Below, piece by piece: positions 38,322 through 50,459 of a DNA stretch of 64,000 nt. Under the pieces are notes generated by a model. That model did not search any database. It had not been told where the DNA came from and saw only the letters and a program-made list of their open reading frames with translations. The stretch lies in NCBI GenBank assembly GCA_000708835.1, contig DF236959.1:102938-166937 (forward strand). The letters are read 5' to 3'. This stretch comes from Klebsormidium nitens. Its lineage: Eukaryota; Plantae; Klebsormidiophyceae. A program made the translations under genes and the position numbers. How positions within the stretch are numbered: the first letter of the stretch is position 1; every line of letters starts with the position of its first letter.

Positions 38322-38964
38322 CCTCCGTCGATTGATCACCTTGAAGAAGAAAAGATTGTAATGCTATTTTCGAAGTTGGCCAGATGTAAGTATTCTTTTC
38401 ATCCAATTGTAGATAGTGCCTCTAGGACACTGTAACGGCTGCATCGACACGTCGCAGTGCGGCCTTTTTGGTCCGGTCCTGCTTACTAGTGTAAGTAAGC
38501 GGTTATTATTGAGAGTAGGCATCTTTCGACAAGCCGCAAGCGAACAGGGCCCGGGATGCGCCGCAAAACGTGCTCGTGGCAATTGCATTGGCTGCGCGCA
38601 ACGGTCATTTGAGGTGCTGCAACATGCATGCCGGCGTGTATTAAACCTTACTTTATATTATTCCGACGTTTGCGCCATATCTCTGTCACCAAACGAACTT
38701 GAAGAATCTGCATCAATTTTACATCCAATTCGGGCAGTGGCCCTCATTAAGAGGTCAACCCGAGCAAAAACACTTGATCACTGGCAGTAGGCCCGTTGAT
38801 ACCTAAATACGGTGCATGACGGTATTCGAATAGTGAATGAAAGTTTTCTTTTCTGGTCCTTTTGCTTTCGGTTGGATTTGTCTCGTCTTGTAAACAACTC
38901 AATTCTGATTCAAAACTTGAAAGGATGTACGTCGTGCCAAGAATTTTGCCGGGAGCGCGCTTTA

Positions 38965-40478
38965 TCAAAATACAAGCTCAAGCTCAGGGCGTCCGTCGCG
39001 AAAGGCGATCAGTGCTCTCACACTTTTTGACGAAAAGTATCCATCGGACCCTATTGTTAAAATTCTTAACTGCGGAAAACCCCCGGCCGTGACGGTGTGG
39101 AGAACCGAACAGAAGTCGCTCTCAAAGGATCTCGAGCGCTCGAAGCGAACGGTCAGCTTCTTCAGCTTGGGCAGCTTTGCTGGTCCTGCGATCAATCTAC
39201 ACGCTTCTACCAACTTACCGCCAGGAATCTCTAGCTCCTCCAGGTGCTCGAGCCGTTTGAGGAAGCCAGAAACGTCCCCTAGAACCGCCTTCTCCGTATC
39301 AAAGGAAACAAAAGTCAGGCCTGAGCAGCTTTTAATTGCTTCCAGAAGTGCACCGCTGGGGTCCCACCGACAACTGTTGTCTTGGTCGGCTTTGATCACA
39401 AGTTTCACTAGCTTCCATTGAGCTGAGACTGTCACGTTGCTCGAGCCATTGATCTCAAGGTCCCTCAGATTGGGTGCAGCAATCGCGGTGACTCCTTGAG
39501 CTCTGTTCTGCAGTGCGAGCTTGTACAGCCTTGGAGTGCGGATGTCCAGCATCACGTCACAAGAGGGAATCCACACATCCAAGACTTCAAGACTCTCTAA
39601 TTCAAGCAGAAAACAGCCAGGAACCACTTTAGGGTAGCCTGCTTCGAAACGATAGACGTCTTTGATCTCCAGCTGCTGAAGCTTCGGACACATACTGATC
39701 AGAGTCGACATCGCCTGAGTATCCCGCGCACTATCCTGCATGACCAACCTCCTTAACTCTAGAAAAGGCTGGAAATTTGTTTCTAGGCTTGGAGATGCTG
39801 CCAGACGAGGGTATTGTAAGGACTGAAATCGGCACCAATGCCCGTCGGCCAGCGCGAGAGTTCTTATTTGCGGGCAACTTGCTGCAAGGGCTTTCAGCAT
39901 CCGGTTGCAGTGGTTGAAGCTGCTCCAATGGCAATCGCGCGCTCGAAGTTGATGCATATCGGCTTTGGATTAGGCGCATCGCAGACCACTGCAAATCGCT
40001 GAAGGCAAGGGGTTTGCAGGAAGAGCTGCTCGAAACCCTCGGAAAGGTCATTGAAAAGGCCAAACAATGCCTCAAGGGCCCTCTTGCCTCCCAGTTCTTG
40101 GAAGAAGTCCCAATCTGTGACTTGGCCCACTTTGATATCTTCCTGACGATGCCTGAGAGTTATCACGAGGCCCTTCGCGCACCTTGCTCTAGCAAGAAGC
40201 CCAGCAAGTCCCTGCAGGTCGCGCTTGGCACGCAGAGGACTGATCCTACAGTGTAGTGTTTGTACCATGGACGCAACTTGGAGAAAGTGCTTGGAAACCG
40301 TCTGTAAGCGGCACAACTCTTTGACTCGAGGCCACATCATCGAGGCTTCCACGCACGATCCCAGCTTCTCCTCAAGGTTCCCAGATTTGAAATCCTTGCA
40401 GTCCGAACAGCAAGCAGCCCTATGAAGGATTTCCTGCAGCAAGGCCACCGGGAGACGGTCCAAGTCGCAGGATTCCAT
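38965..40478 (-). pseudogene. F-box-like/LRR paralog A with a single -1 frameshift near 39905 (about 504 aa if repaired)
   Basis: ORF 39894-40550 (MESCDLDRLPVALLQEILHRA..LCRLQTVSKHF) overlaps ORF 38965-39957 (NRMLKALAASCPQIRTLALA..). Alignment to intact paralog C (SNRLLEALAANC) implies one missing base at gca-acc-gga. The gene is intronless. It could be a real pseudogene or an assembly error. Confidence 0.75.
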
Positions 40479-42014
40479 CTCCTTTCTCTTCTTACCAGTA
40501 CTCAGGTCTCTTTTATTGCAGAAGCTGGTAGTTTGGCTCTCAGCTCGCAAGTCACCTTTGCTAGGCGCCTGAAAGCAGAGTCTTCCCAGAGTTTGTTCAC
40601 ATCAATATCACTGGCCTCTCGGACCCTTTCAGGTACATGCCAGGGTTCTGGGGGTTTGCTTGGAAGGATATTACGAAGGGCGGCCGCCGCCCCTCTAAAA
40701 TTGTGCCCGCGGCCGCCGGCCGTCGCCGCCGTCGCAAGTAAAGTCATAGAGGCTACACGCAAGGCAATCGACAAGCACGCCGCTCAATTCGAAGCTTTAG
40801 TCCTGCAAAACCCAAAGGCACGCACAATAAACCTGAGACGGCGCCACTCGGCGCTGGCCGCCTAGCCGCTGGGCGCTGCCGCCGCCGCCGGCCGCCTGCT
40901 TCAAGGAAGAGATATGTGATCCTACCTGCCTCAAATAGTTTTGAGTGCCTTCCTAAGACGGCCGCTGATGATCGGATATTTTTCCCAGTTACCAGTTGGG
41001 CGTTCCAAGATTGTAGACTCATTTGTTGGATCGTCGAGTGCACCATTTCCAACCGCGCTTTGCTTCAGCAATCGATGAAGGTGTCAACTTCAATAGCAGC
41101 TTCGATGGATCGCTCTTGATGCGAGAACGCGGCGCGCGTGCGCATCCGGGGAAGGTCGCTCTCGGTTGCACAGCTTCTGCAACAATCACGTTAAGAACGG
41201 TACGTGAATCTGTAAGCAGAGCTCTTCGGTCGTCTAGTCAATCTTTTGAGTACTGGTCAAGTCCAAATCTCAGTAACGGGTGAAACTCGATCCGCAAGTC
41301 AAACAGATGCGCGTCATTAACCTCCGGTTTTGCGCATTCACATACTGTGTTCTAAGAGTTGCTTAAATTGACGAGTCGTCAATAGTGTAGAGTTGAGTGG
41401 TTATGTGCCATACACACCTGCTAGCGGTCGCCCCATGCCTTTGATACGCACGGGCTTGTAGGGAAGTGTCCACAGACTGGAGTAAGAGCAGAGCACTGAG
41501 CCGCTTAAGCAGACTTGCTTGACATGGCATGCGTCTGTACATAAAGATCATTCGAAATTCATGATGCTGTGTTGTAGATTTCATCTTCCCATCAACTCGT
41601 CCTTGTGTTGCATCGAGAGATCCTACGTACTCGTTCCTTGTTCTAGCACAGGCAAGGACAGGCAGGCAAACTACGTTTTATCTCGAAGCATCTTCAATTC
41701 GAATCAGCTCAGCCCACTGGCGAACGGCCTAATTACTAATCTTGCGTGTCGAAAACCATACGGCTCATTGCATGGTAAAAGCTTTAAGAAAAGCGTAATT
41801 TCCAGATCAAAACGCTTTCCTTTAAACGGGCGAAAATTGAGATAAAGCTGAGAGACCCTGTCAAGAAAGATTCTCATAGGTGCAAAACCCAGGTGTTCTA
41901 TCAAGCGTATGTATGTGTACCCGGTCTAGCTTATAGATACTTGGAATCATACCCTGTCTCTTTCAATCGCTTAACTTCCTCCCAAACTCCATGTACGATT
42001 CAAAGCCTCTGTTC

Positions 42015-43507
42015 TTAAACTATCTCGAACACAATCTCAAGTGCGGGACGCTTCCTTTGAAGCGACATCAGAGCTTGTGCAGCGCGGGGCGTGAAGGTTC
42101 CCGTGTCCTTCAGCCGGACGCACTCTAGCACCGGAAAGCACTCTAGAGCCCGAAGAGCCTTAAGGAGCCTGCTGGCATCCAGTACCTTCATTCTCCAGCT
42201 TGATTCTGCGTCGAAGGAGACGGTCAGCTTTTGCAGCTCGCGCAGGCTTTCAGGTCTCGACTCGCACACCTCGCACAGAACTCTATCGGCTATACTCAGC
42301 TCTGTCAAACTCCCAAGTCGGTCTGTCAGGCAAGACAAGTTTTTGATGTATTGGCTTTCAATGGACAGAGTTTTTAGCTTTGAGCAGCTCTGAAGGGCTT
42401 CATGGAGTGGATTTTCGGGGTCCCAAATGAAGAAGTCTCCAGGGTAGTACATTAGGACCAAGCGCTCTAGCTGCTCCCATGGGGCTAAAACAGTCAACTT
42501 GGCTGAGCAGTTTAGTGCCAGGGCGTTCAAATTCGGGGCCGTTATCACCACCGTTCCCTTAACTTCCCACCCTAGCTTAGCTTCGCGGAGCTTTGGAGTG
42601 CGGATGTCTAGCACAAGTTCACCGTACATGATTTCGACAGCCAGGACCTCAAGACTGTCTGAAGCTACAATCAAGTACTCCGGATCTGGTGCCTCCTGTG
42701 CGTAAGAGTGACCCGGCCGCTCGACTTCTAGCTGCAGCAAACTGGGGCACAGCCTCAACAGGCAGGTCAAACCTTGACCTTCTGATTGATCTGAACGTCT
42801 TCATGAACGCACAACCTCCTCAGCTCTGAGAACGGTTTGCACGCCATTCCCAGGCTTGGTGCCAGCACCGGGAAGCGCAAGGAGCTTGAGGAACAGTACC
42901 TGCATCCTAAAGCAAGCGCGCTCAAGCGCGGGCAGTTTGCTGAGAGCGCCTCGAGCAACCGGTTGGTTGCTAATTCCACGTCAGCCGCCATCTCCTGTCC
43001 AAGCACCTCTGATCGATTAAAACGCTCTCTCACCACCGCGAATTGTTGAAGACAGGGAGCTTCGATGAAGAGCTCCTGGAAGCACTGGGACTCGGCCAGG
43101 GTTCTGCAAAGGCTGAACTGCGTTTCAGGGTGCCTGACACCGTTATCATCCCAATCATCCTCAGGATCAGTACTCTTGGGCCCAAAAGTAAGAGCAAGGC
43201 CCTCAGCGCACCTTGCTTTGGACAGAAAGGTGGCCAGCCCCGATAACATTCTGCTGGCAGCCTGAGGGTTGATCCTGCAGTGCAGGTTCTTGACGGTGGA
43301 CGCGACTTGGTGGAAACGCTTGGAGACAGCTTGCAAGCGGCACAACTCCCGGACTTGCGCCCACTCGGCTCTGGAGTTCTTGCAGGTCCGCATTTCATCT
43401 AGAGCTCGTAGTCCACCATCCGTGCAGTCCAGACGCACAGCCGCTCTGTGCAAGACGTCCCGGAGTAAATCTGTTGGGATTCGATCCAGGTGGCATGGGT
43501 CCGCCAT
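42015..43507 (-). pseudogene. F-box-like/LRR paralog B with a single -1 frameshift near 42783 (about 497 aa if repaired)
   Basis: ORF 42767-43585 (MADPCHLDRIPTDLLRDVLHRA) continues in ORF 42015-42770. Paralog C reads EIGLEGQGLSSLFKLCP, while B reads atc-aat-ca-gaa-ggt-caa-ggt-ttg-acc, one base short. Confidence 0.75.
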
Positions 43508-43708
43508 TTCGCTGCTAGGTGCTTGGTTTTGATAGCAGGCGTTTTGCGGAATTGTCATAGAACTTACAGTAAGCTTGATGAACATGAAATTCGACTTTCT
43601 TCACTGCCCAAATAAATATCAACTGTGCTTGAACAAAGCCATTGCGCTCCACTAGTAAGCTGTACTGTTCTGCTCTAGCTGCTAGCGCAAGGCTGGTGTT
43701 GATTTCGT

Positions 43709-43834
43709 ACGTCACAGTTGCGTGCCAGGCGCGCGGCCGCCCGTTTCTAGCACGCGACCGAAAACCCCGAAACCCCAAAGTTTTCCTCTTCGAGCAGCGC
43801 TTCGCGGCTGATCCGTGCGCGTAGGCGGCCAGCC
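43709..43834. promoter_or_regulatory. Conserved upstream element shared with the C/D intergenic region
   Basis: acgtcacagttgcgt, aaacccc(g/a)aaac and gatccgtgcgcg..ggcggccagcc appear in the same order at 50197-50307. It contains an ACGTCA (TGACGT) core. Confidence 0.6.
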
Positions 43835-44275
43835 AGATGACGCGCCGAGGCCTTGTAAGAGTACTTCAACAGGTCGGTTCGCAAGTCAGCAAGTCCTTGA
43901 ACAAAATTTCCTTCTGAAGGTCCTGCTCGCAGGCGTCTGGCGAACGTGATTTGGCGTCATGGGGAGCCATGTACCAGCTAGAACTCAACGTTCGAGGAAT
44001 CGGAAGATAGAATTAGCGGCGAAACCCTGTCGTTCCAGCCACTTTGACTGTCTCCCATGTGCTTTACTGTGAATGAACTTGAGACGGATCCAAGTTTAGG
44101 TAATTTACTGCAAGCCGCCTTGTGGAAGAAATTACCTGAAGCCTTACGGGAATGAGATTCACAAGGTTGTCAGATGTAAAATTGCAACCTGGAGCCCTTT
44201 GCGGAACGCGGCAGTCACACTGTAGCTTCATGTACGGATGTATGGATCCTACCAAAGAGAAGGTGCGGGAATGAT

Positions 44276-45900
44276 GTGGTTTGCAATCTGGGTGGGGTCT
44301 CGAGCTTGCCCTGAGTGTCTCAGAGATCTGCTTTCAATCTCCGTTCTACAGATGCGCTCCACATTTTTAGCACGAGTTGGAATACATGGGCAGCTGATGA
44401 GCAGAAGCAATTCTTCGTGTCTTCCTATTGTCCAGCTCTATGAATTCTCTAAGTCCATTTCTCTCTCTCTTCTCAAGGGCTGCAATCACGTCACCTTCAC
44501 CAAGCTTTTCCGCGCTTCTACCATCTTTTCGGCTTTCTTTCATGCTCTGCGCCTACTACTGTGCCTGACAGGCCACGTGAATTGCCCCGTGGCTTCCTCA
44601 ACTCGGACTGACGCTTCCGAAATCTCCCCGGGTCCTCTCGCCTCTTGATGTCCTTAAGCTTGCTGATCGTGCTGGAGCCTGACGTCGAAGGTTATTCCCC
44701 CGGAAGTATAGTGTGAGGAGCCATACTCGACTTTGATACCAAAGCCACGAACCCCGCGGTCATGTTGATTTTGCAGTGCGTCAGCGCGCTTGGCCGTTGA
44801 CTGAAGCGAAGGCCGGCTTCGTCTGAAAGAGGTCAGTTTCTCACCTTTTGAACACGATATCTTCATGCGATCACCTGATCTACCCTCACGTGGAAAATAA
44901 AGTTGAGCCTTTCTGAAGGTGCTCAGAAGTGCATGGCTCGGCGCTCACAAGAATTGTTGACGATTCCGGCAATAGAAATGCTCGCAAGAAAGAAATACAA
45001 CTAGAATGAGACAAAGGGCTCTGAAATTCTGAAAATGGGCACACGCTAGGGCTGCCATTTGACGGCCACAGGTGCTTTCGTTAACTGGATCCGACCACCT
45101 TCTTAAATCCTGATCTTTCCAGAAAACAAGTTCAAATCGTTATACAGACTTTAGGCAACAAAGGTTGCGCCTGAGCGGGCACGATCAAGATGATTTCAAA
45201 AGGAAAAGGCCACAATCGTTGTACTTAATCGAACGAACGTTGACCAATGGTGGCCGCTTCAATGTAACCGAAACAGAAACGGTATCCAACCAGCGAAAAA
45301 CATAACTTGGTGCAGTCGGCCAAGCCTGCACTAACCCGGTGATGCAGGCCGTCACCGCACAACACGAGCAACTAGAGCGGAAGGTATTTACCCGGGTGGA
45401 AGTCCCGGTCGCTAGCCGGGTGGACGCGTGGGCGCTGGAGCTGCTGAACATGATCATCGCGCCGCGCCAGCTGGCAACGGAGGGGACATGACCATGGAAC
45501 TCTACGTGTGAGCAGAGATGGATCTTGGCAGGTTGATTCCTGAGTTGATTGATGGTTTGATAGGCTATTCGCTTTTGCAAACTGATAATATCGATGGGCA
45601 GAGACCTGGATGATTAGTCTGTTTGGGCTGCACCAACTTGCAACCAGAGGCAGTGGTCCGACCGAAGCTGCACATGTGATCCGAACCTGCCATTCTTTAA
45701 GGTCACGCTTTGAGGAATCGGCATCTTTGCCAGATTCTCGCTTGTGGGGATGTGCCTATGCCTTTCAGCGTTCTTGGATTCCCGGCACTTTGTATTTTCC
45801 GGGCTGCGGCAACTGGTGACAGACAAGATGACCCTGGAGCTACACAAAGGGCGGCAGAATCGTTCTGAGGATGTTCAAGGTCAAGTCTCAAGCGGCTGCC
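44276..45900 (+). pseudogene. Decayed paralog of the P450 at 33.4-38.3 kb
   Basis: 44541-44830 aligns by eye to P450 exon 3 (ca(t/g)gctc.gcgc.ta, aggccacgtg, gtcctctcgcct, gacgtcgaag, gccac.aa.cc.gcggtcatg, gtgcgtcagc) with indels, stops and the acceptor mutated to CAT. Weaker echoes match exon 2 (about 44276-44380), exon 5 (tgcag|VGQ..QLERKV at about 45316) and the heme exon (AF..RH...G.R.LV at about 45765-45820). Confidence 0.65.
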
Positions 45901-48343
45901 CCTTACGAATCGTTCGCCGCTTTCGAAAAGTTCGAGATATTCACTTCCGTTTAAATAACATGTCTTACGAGTCAAGCTGGCAGAGGTAACGACCCGCTTC
46001 CTTTAACGTGGGCATGAGCTATAGGAAGCATTTTTCAGCGCAAAAGCGGGTCGCTTCAGTACAATCGTCGCCAACTTTTCCCAGACCCACCGCCAAAGAT
46101 TCCCGCTCTGGCGCACCTACTCGTAGTGGCTTCAGATTTCTTCAAATCACTTCTTGCAATGCCACATAACGGGGCGCCTCGAGGAACATTACATTGTGCA
46201 GGGTACATCATTACGAGCTCAACGGCTGGTCGACCGAGACGGGGGCCCTCGGACGCTGTTGAACGACACCAAAACGCGCCGGACGCCGAAGCCATCATGG
46301 GACGTCCAAAACCGGACAGGCATGTGAGAAAGCTTGGCAGGGGGGCATGAATTTCTGCGGGCTTTCCCAGGTTAGTACTGCGCTCCTCAACCAGGCAGAA
46401 AAGAACCGAACGGATTTTGAGGGCTGCCGCAGAACAGGCAGCCCGTCAAACGCGCATCAGGGAAGTCTTTTCAAATTGTCAGAGAAATGAAGGCAACGTG
46501 ACAAATGGCGTTCTAGTATATGTGTATTTTTGTGTTCTTTGTTTTTGCTGCGTTCTGAAAAGACTTTTTCGGCGGAAGACGTGCTAAGAAACATCAGGTT
46601 GGTTTGACACGAATCCTTTGTTCCCACAACCGAACGCACAAAATCAAGCAGAGAAGAACGTGCTTGCAAGTACTCGCCAAACAAGCGACTTTCCAAGCTG
46701 ACGCGCCTAACCGCAAAACCCCTCAGAAGCGTGACGTCACCCTCGTCGTTAAGTAGAGTTCCTCTTGGACGGGCTTCCTTCGGCGGCTCCATCATCATCC
46801 GGCCGACGTCATCTTTAGTCACTTCGCCCTGGACGCGCACGCGCCTCTCCGCTGACGTCACCGAGCACGCGGTCGCCGAGTACCCCCTTTCCCGTGACGA
46901 TCCTGGCTAACGGAATGGACGGCCTGGCCGCGGATCGCCGGGACGCGGCCCCGGCTGACAACACGCTGCTGCTAAGGTGACAATCTAGCGCTTTGTTGCT
47001 GATTCAGAAGCTGCAGTTTCTAGTGCTTTTGTAGTCTCCGTCGCTTCTGAGAGGATTGAAAACACTTCACTTATCGTCTTGCTTTACTTTTTTCCGCTCT
47101 CCTCTCAAGCCCACTTTCGTTCCGTGCTGCACACAATCTTCCAAAGTTCCGCTTCCACCGATGACCTTCCGGCCAGGAGGAACTGGTAGGGTCGAAAGCA
47201 CAGCGCTCATCAATGGCACCAACGCCCGGGCATTTTGAGAATGCGTGAAGAAGCTTTTTGGGGTGCTTCCAAAGAAAGGGTTCAGAGCGACACCCGAGAA
47301 CCGATCTGGCGCGTTTCGACGACAACAACTCACATATATTTTAGTGGGCCGCGCGTACACACCGTCGCACTGAAGAGAACAACGCTTTGTTAATACGATC
47401 GAATCTTGCTGCAGATCGCGTGAGATCTTATGATTATATTAGCTGCCCGTTCTAATTACTGATGTTCTGCCTACTGCAGTCAAGCAGAGCGCTGCCATTT
47501 GAAAGTGGTGTTTCGAGCCGTCGAGCCGCTTGTCGTATATCCGGGCCGGCATGGTAACTGAAGGGAGCCACATCATGAACGCTGAAAGCCTGCGCGTTTA
47601 TCAGGAAGATATGTTAGCTAAGCTCATGGGGCGTTACAGCATTACGACGTTCTGAGAAAATTCCTCGCGAATTGCGAATGCAAATGGGATCGTACAAATT
47701 CTGCCTGACAACACGTATCTACCCGTTTATTCGACAATGAATATCATAACCTACCTTAGGACGCCCGCATTCATCCACTCATCGAGAATAAGGCGTCTCT
47801 TTCATCTCTGTTGAACGGCCGCACCTTAAGCGGAACGGCTTGCTTGCCACGATATTCATGCAAACTGGAAAGACAGCCGGCCTGCTTGGGTGCACGAAGC
47901 AACATGCACAATCACGGCTTCAGAACATTCATGTCGAAGTGAGTGCAACGCTTGACTCGTTCCGATATACACGGACCTGAAACATGAGTAGGCACTCCCA
48001 GCAGATAGCCTCGAGCTCGAGGCAAACGAGGGACCGGTACGAGCCAAACTTAAAATCTTAATCTCGTTTTGAAGCATTGAATGGAATCGCTTCGGCTATG
48101 TGTGTGGAACGATCCACCTTCGTGCGCAAAACAAGTCAAGGGTCTGCTGCTTGACCAAGTTGAATGTGGCCACCAAGTACTCAGCAAAATGTCAATTGTT
48201 GATTAGGTAGTCTTATGTTGAAGAAAAGATACGGTTTGAGCAGACATACTCATGACAAAGTCTGCAAGAATGCGTTCAGAGTTCTCCCAAGTTGATTCCT
48301 ATCTCAATTAAGTATTCAATTGGTACGTCAATCTCTCTTAGAT

Positions 48344-48390
48344 TTGTATCCTTGAACCTTTGTATCCTTGAACCTTTGTATCCTTCATAC
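48344..48390. repeat. 16-bp tandem repeat, three copies
   Basis: tttgtatccttgaacc twice, then tttgtatccttcatac, just downstream of paralog C. Confidence 0.8.
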
Positions 48391-48421
48391 TGCTTGTCTA
48401 GTATATTATTGCAGCAGGTCG

Positions 48422-48463
48422 ATTAGAGGGTCAAGTGTAATCTATTAGAGGGTCAAGTGTAAT
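48422..48463. repeat. 22-bp period duplication spanning the stop codon of paralog C
   Basis: attagagggtcaagtgtaat at 48422-48441 and 48444-48463. Confidence 0.85.
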
Positions 48464-49942
48464 TTGAATTTCAATTCCGGGACGCCTCCTTTGGAGCGAT
48501 AACAAAGCTAAGACGGCACAGGGCGCAAGGTTACTCGCGTCCTCCAACCGGAGAAACTCTAAGTTTGGAAAGCGCTCTAGTGCCCGAAGACCCTTAAGAA
48601 GCCCCGGGGTCTCATCCAGTGACTTCGGGTCTAACGTTTCATGGTCAAAGAAGACGGTGAGCCTTTTTAGCTCGCGCATATTCTCCAACTTTGACTCGCC
48701 TACTTCGCATAACCATCTATCAGGTACAACCAGCTCTGTCAAAGTGTTAAGCCCATCCGTCAAGCCAGACAAGTTTTTGAGCCATCCATTTTGAACGCAT
48801 AGAGACTTCAGTTTCGAGCAGCTCTGAAGAGCTTCATGGAGTGGACCGTTGGTGTCCCACCAGACGTAGTCCCCCTTAAACGTCTCCGTGAGCAACACGC
48901 TCTCTAGCTGCTCCCACGTTTCTACTATTGTCACCCTGGTTGACCAATTCAATGCTAGGACGCTCAGATTGGGAGCTGCAATCACCACCTCCCCCTTGAA
49001 TCTACACCCGACCCTGACGTCACGGAGCTTCGGTGTGCGGATGTCTAGCGTAAGGTTACTGTGGAAAACTTTCACATCCAAGATCTCCAGGATGTCCGAT
49101 TCTACGAGAAAGTACTCGCAATCTGGTGCTGCCTCTTCCTCATGACTGGAAGAGTGATCACGATAGACCTCTAGCTGCAGCAGGTTGGGGCATAGCTTAA
49201 ACAGGGAAGAAAGTCCCTGACCTTCCAAGCCGATCTCTGCATTTTGGTGGATGCACAACCTGCTCAGATTCGGAAAGGGTTTGCATACCAAACCCAGGCT
49301 TGGGGCCAGCCAAGGAAAGCGTAAGTCGCAGCTCAAAAAGTCCGTGCTACCTAAAGCAAGAGCGCTCAATCGCCGGCAGTTTGCTGCAAGCGCCTCGAGC
49401 AACCGGTTGGATGCTGCTTCAGCAACAACCGCAGCTCCCTCATCAAACTGCCCGTGTGGTCTAAAACGGCCGCCGACTACTGCGAATTGCTCAAGGCACG
49501 GGGCCTGAAGGAAGAGCTCTTCAAAGCACTGGGACAATGCGAGATCAGCAAAGAGGCTGAACTGAGTTTCTGAGTGCCTGTCGCCCTTTTTATTCCTTGA
49601 ATCTCTCTCGAGTTCTATGGTGAGAGCAAGGCCCTTTGCGCACCTTGCTTTGGATAGAAACTTGACCAGCCCCAAAATATTTCCTTTGGCACTCAGGGGG
49701 CTGATCCTACACTGCAGGTTCTCAAAAGTTGACGCGACGTGATGGAAACGCTTGCAGATGCGTTGCAGGCTGCATAGCTCACTGACTTGCACCCATTTGG
49801 CTTTGGAGTTTGTGTAGGTCCACTTGTAATCTAAAGCCCGTACTCCAGCATCCGCGCACCTGTCCGGACACACAGCTGCCCTATGCAAGACGGCCCGGAG
49901 TAGATCATCTGGGAGTCGGTCCACATGACACGCATCCGCCAT
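48431..49942 (-). CDS. F-box-like/LRR (RNI-like) protein C, intact, intronless, 503 aa
   Basis: One ORF. N-terminal VDRLPDDLLRAVLHRA...LCSLQRICKRFHHVA resembles an F-box. It is followed by degenerate LxxLxL repeats (CRRLSALAL, CPNLLQLEV, TPKLRDVRV, APNLSVLAL, CSKLKSLCV, FPNLEFLRL). Confidence 0.85.
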   Translation of the reverse strand: MADACHVDRLPDDLLRAVLHRAAVCPDRCADAGVRALDYKWTYTNSKAKWVQVSELCSLQRICKRFHHVASTFENLQCRISPLSAKGNILGLVKFLSKARCAKGLALTIELERDSRNKKGDRHSETQFSLFADLALSQCFEELFLQAPCLEQFAVVGGRFRPHGQFDEGAAVVAEAASNRLLEALAANCRRLSALALGSTDFLSCDLRFPWLAPSLGLVCKPFPNLSRLCIHQNAEIGLEGQGLSSLFKLCPNLLQLEVYRDHSSSHEEEAAPDCEYFLVESDILEILDVKVFHSNLTLDIRTPKLRDVRVGCRFKGEVVIAAPNLSVLALNWSTRVTIVETWEQLESVLLTETFKGDYVWWDTNGPLHEALQSCSKLKSLCVQNGWLKNLSGLTDGLNTLTELVVPDRWLCEVGESKLENMRELKRLTVFFDHETLDPKSLDETPGLLKGLRALERFPNLEFLRLEDASNLAPCAVLALLSLQRRRPGIEIQITLDPLIDYT

Positions 49943-50196
49943 TCCGCCGCCTTTAAGTCCTACTCAGTGTTGCTGGACTCATGCTTGATTTGATGATAGA
50001 AGTCATAGAAGACTCGGACGGGGCTCGGACGCTTTCACAGGGAAGACAGAGCGGCGAAGTTGTAGTTAACACGCTTCACTGGACAAGCCGATAGGTTTTC
50101 TGAAAGCACGAACAAAGACGTCTGTACTAGGACCAGGACTGAGGGGAAACCCCAGGTGTTCGGCTTTCAATAATTAGCTACGTATCACTAGCTTGA

Positions 50197-50307
50197 ACGT
50201 CACAGTTGCGTACCGGGCGGCCGCGCGCGGCCCGGTAAGCAAACCCCAAAACCCTTCGGCGAACGTACCCTCACTTCCGATGGATCCGTGCGCGCGGGCG
50301 GCCAGCC
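50197..50307. promoter_or_regulatory. Putative bidirectional promoter core between divergent paralogs C (-) and D (+)
   Basis: GC-rich block in the 517-bp gap between the ATG of C (49942) and the ATG of D (50460). It is homologous to 43709-43834. Confidence 0.55.
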
Positions 50308-50459
50308 GACGTCCATCAAACGCTCAGGGAAAGCACTCCTTGAAGCAAGTTTCCAAGGTCTTGACCATCTTCTTTACTGTTAGCGGCGCCCGGCAAAGGT
50401 GAGCAAGCGTTATGAAGAGCCATGGTAACAGCGTCAAGGCTCAAGATCCAAGCAACAAC

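Noticed and set aside
46457-47360. GC-rich ORFs (134 aa at 46457-46861 and neighbours) as a separate gene
   Set aside because: No recognisable motif and no consistent splice chain; may be promoter-like or decayed sequence.
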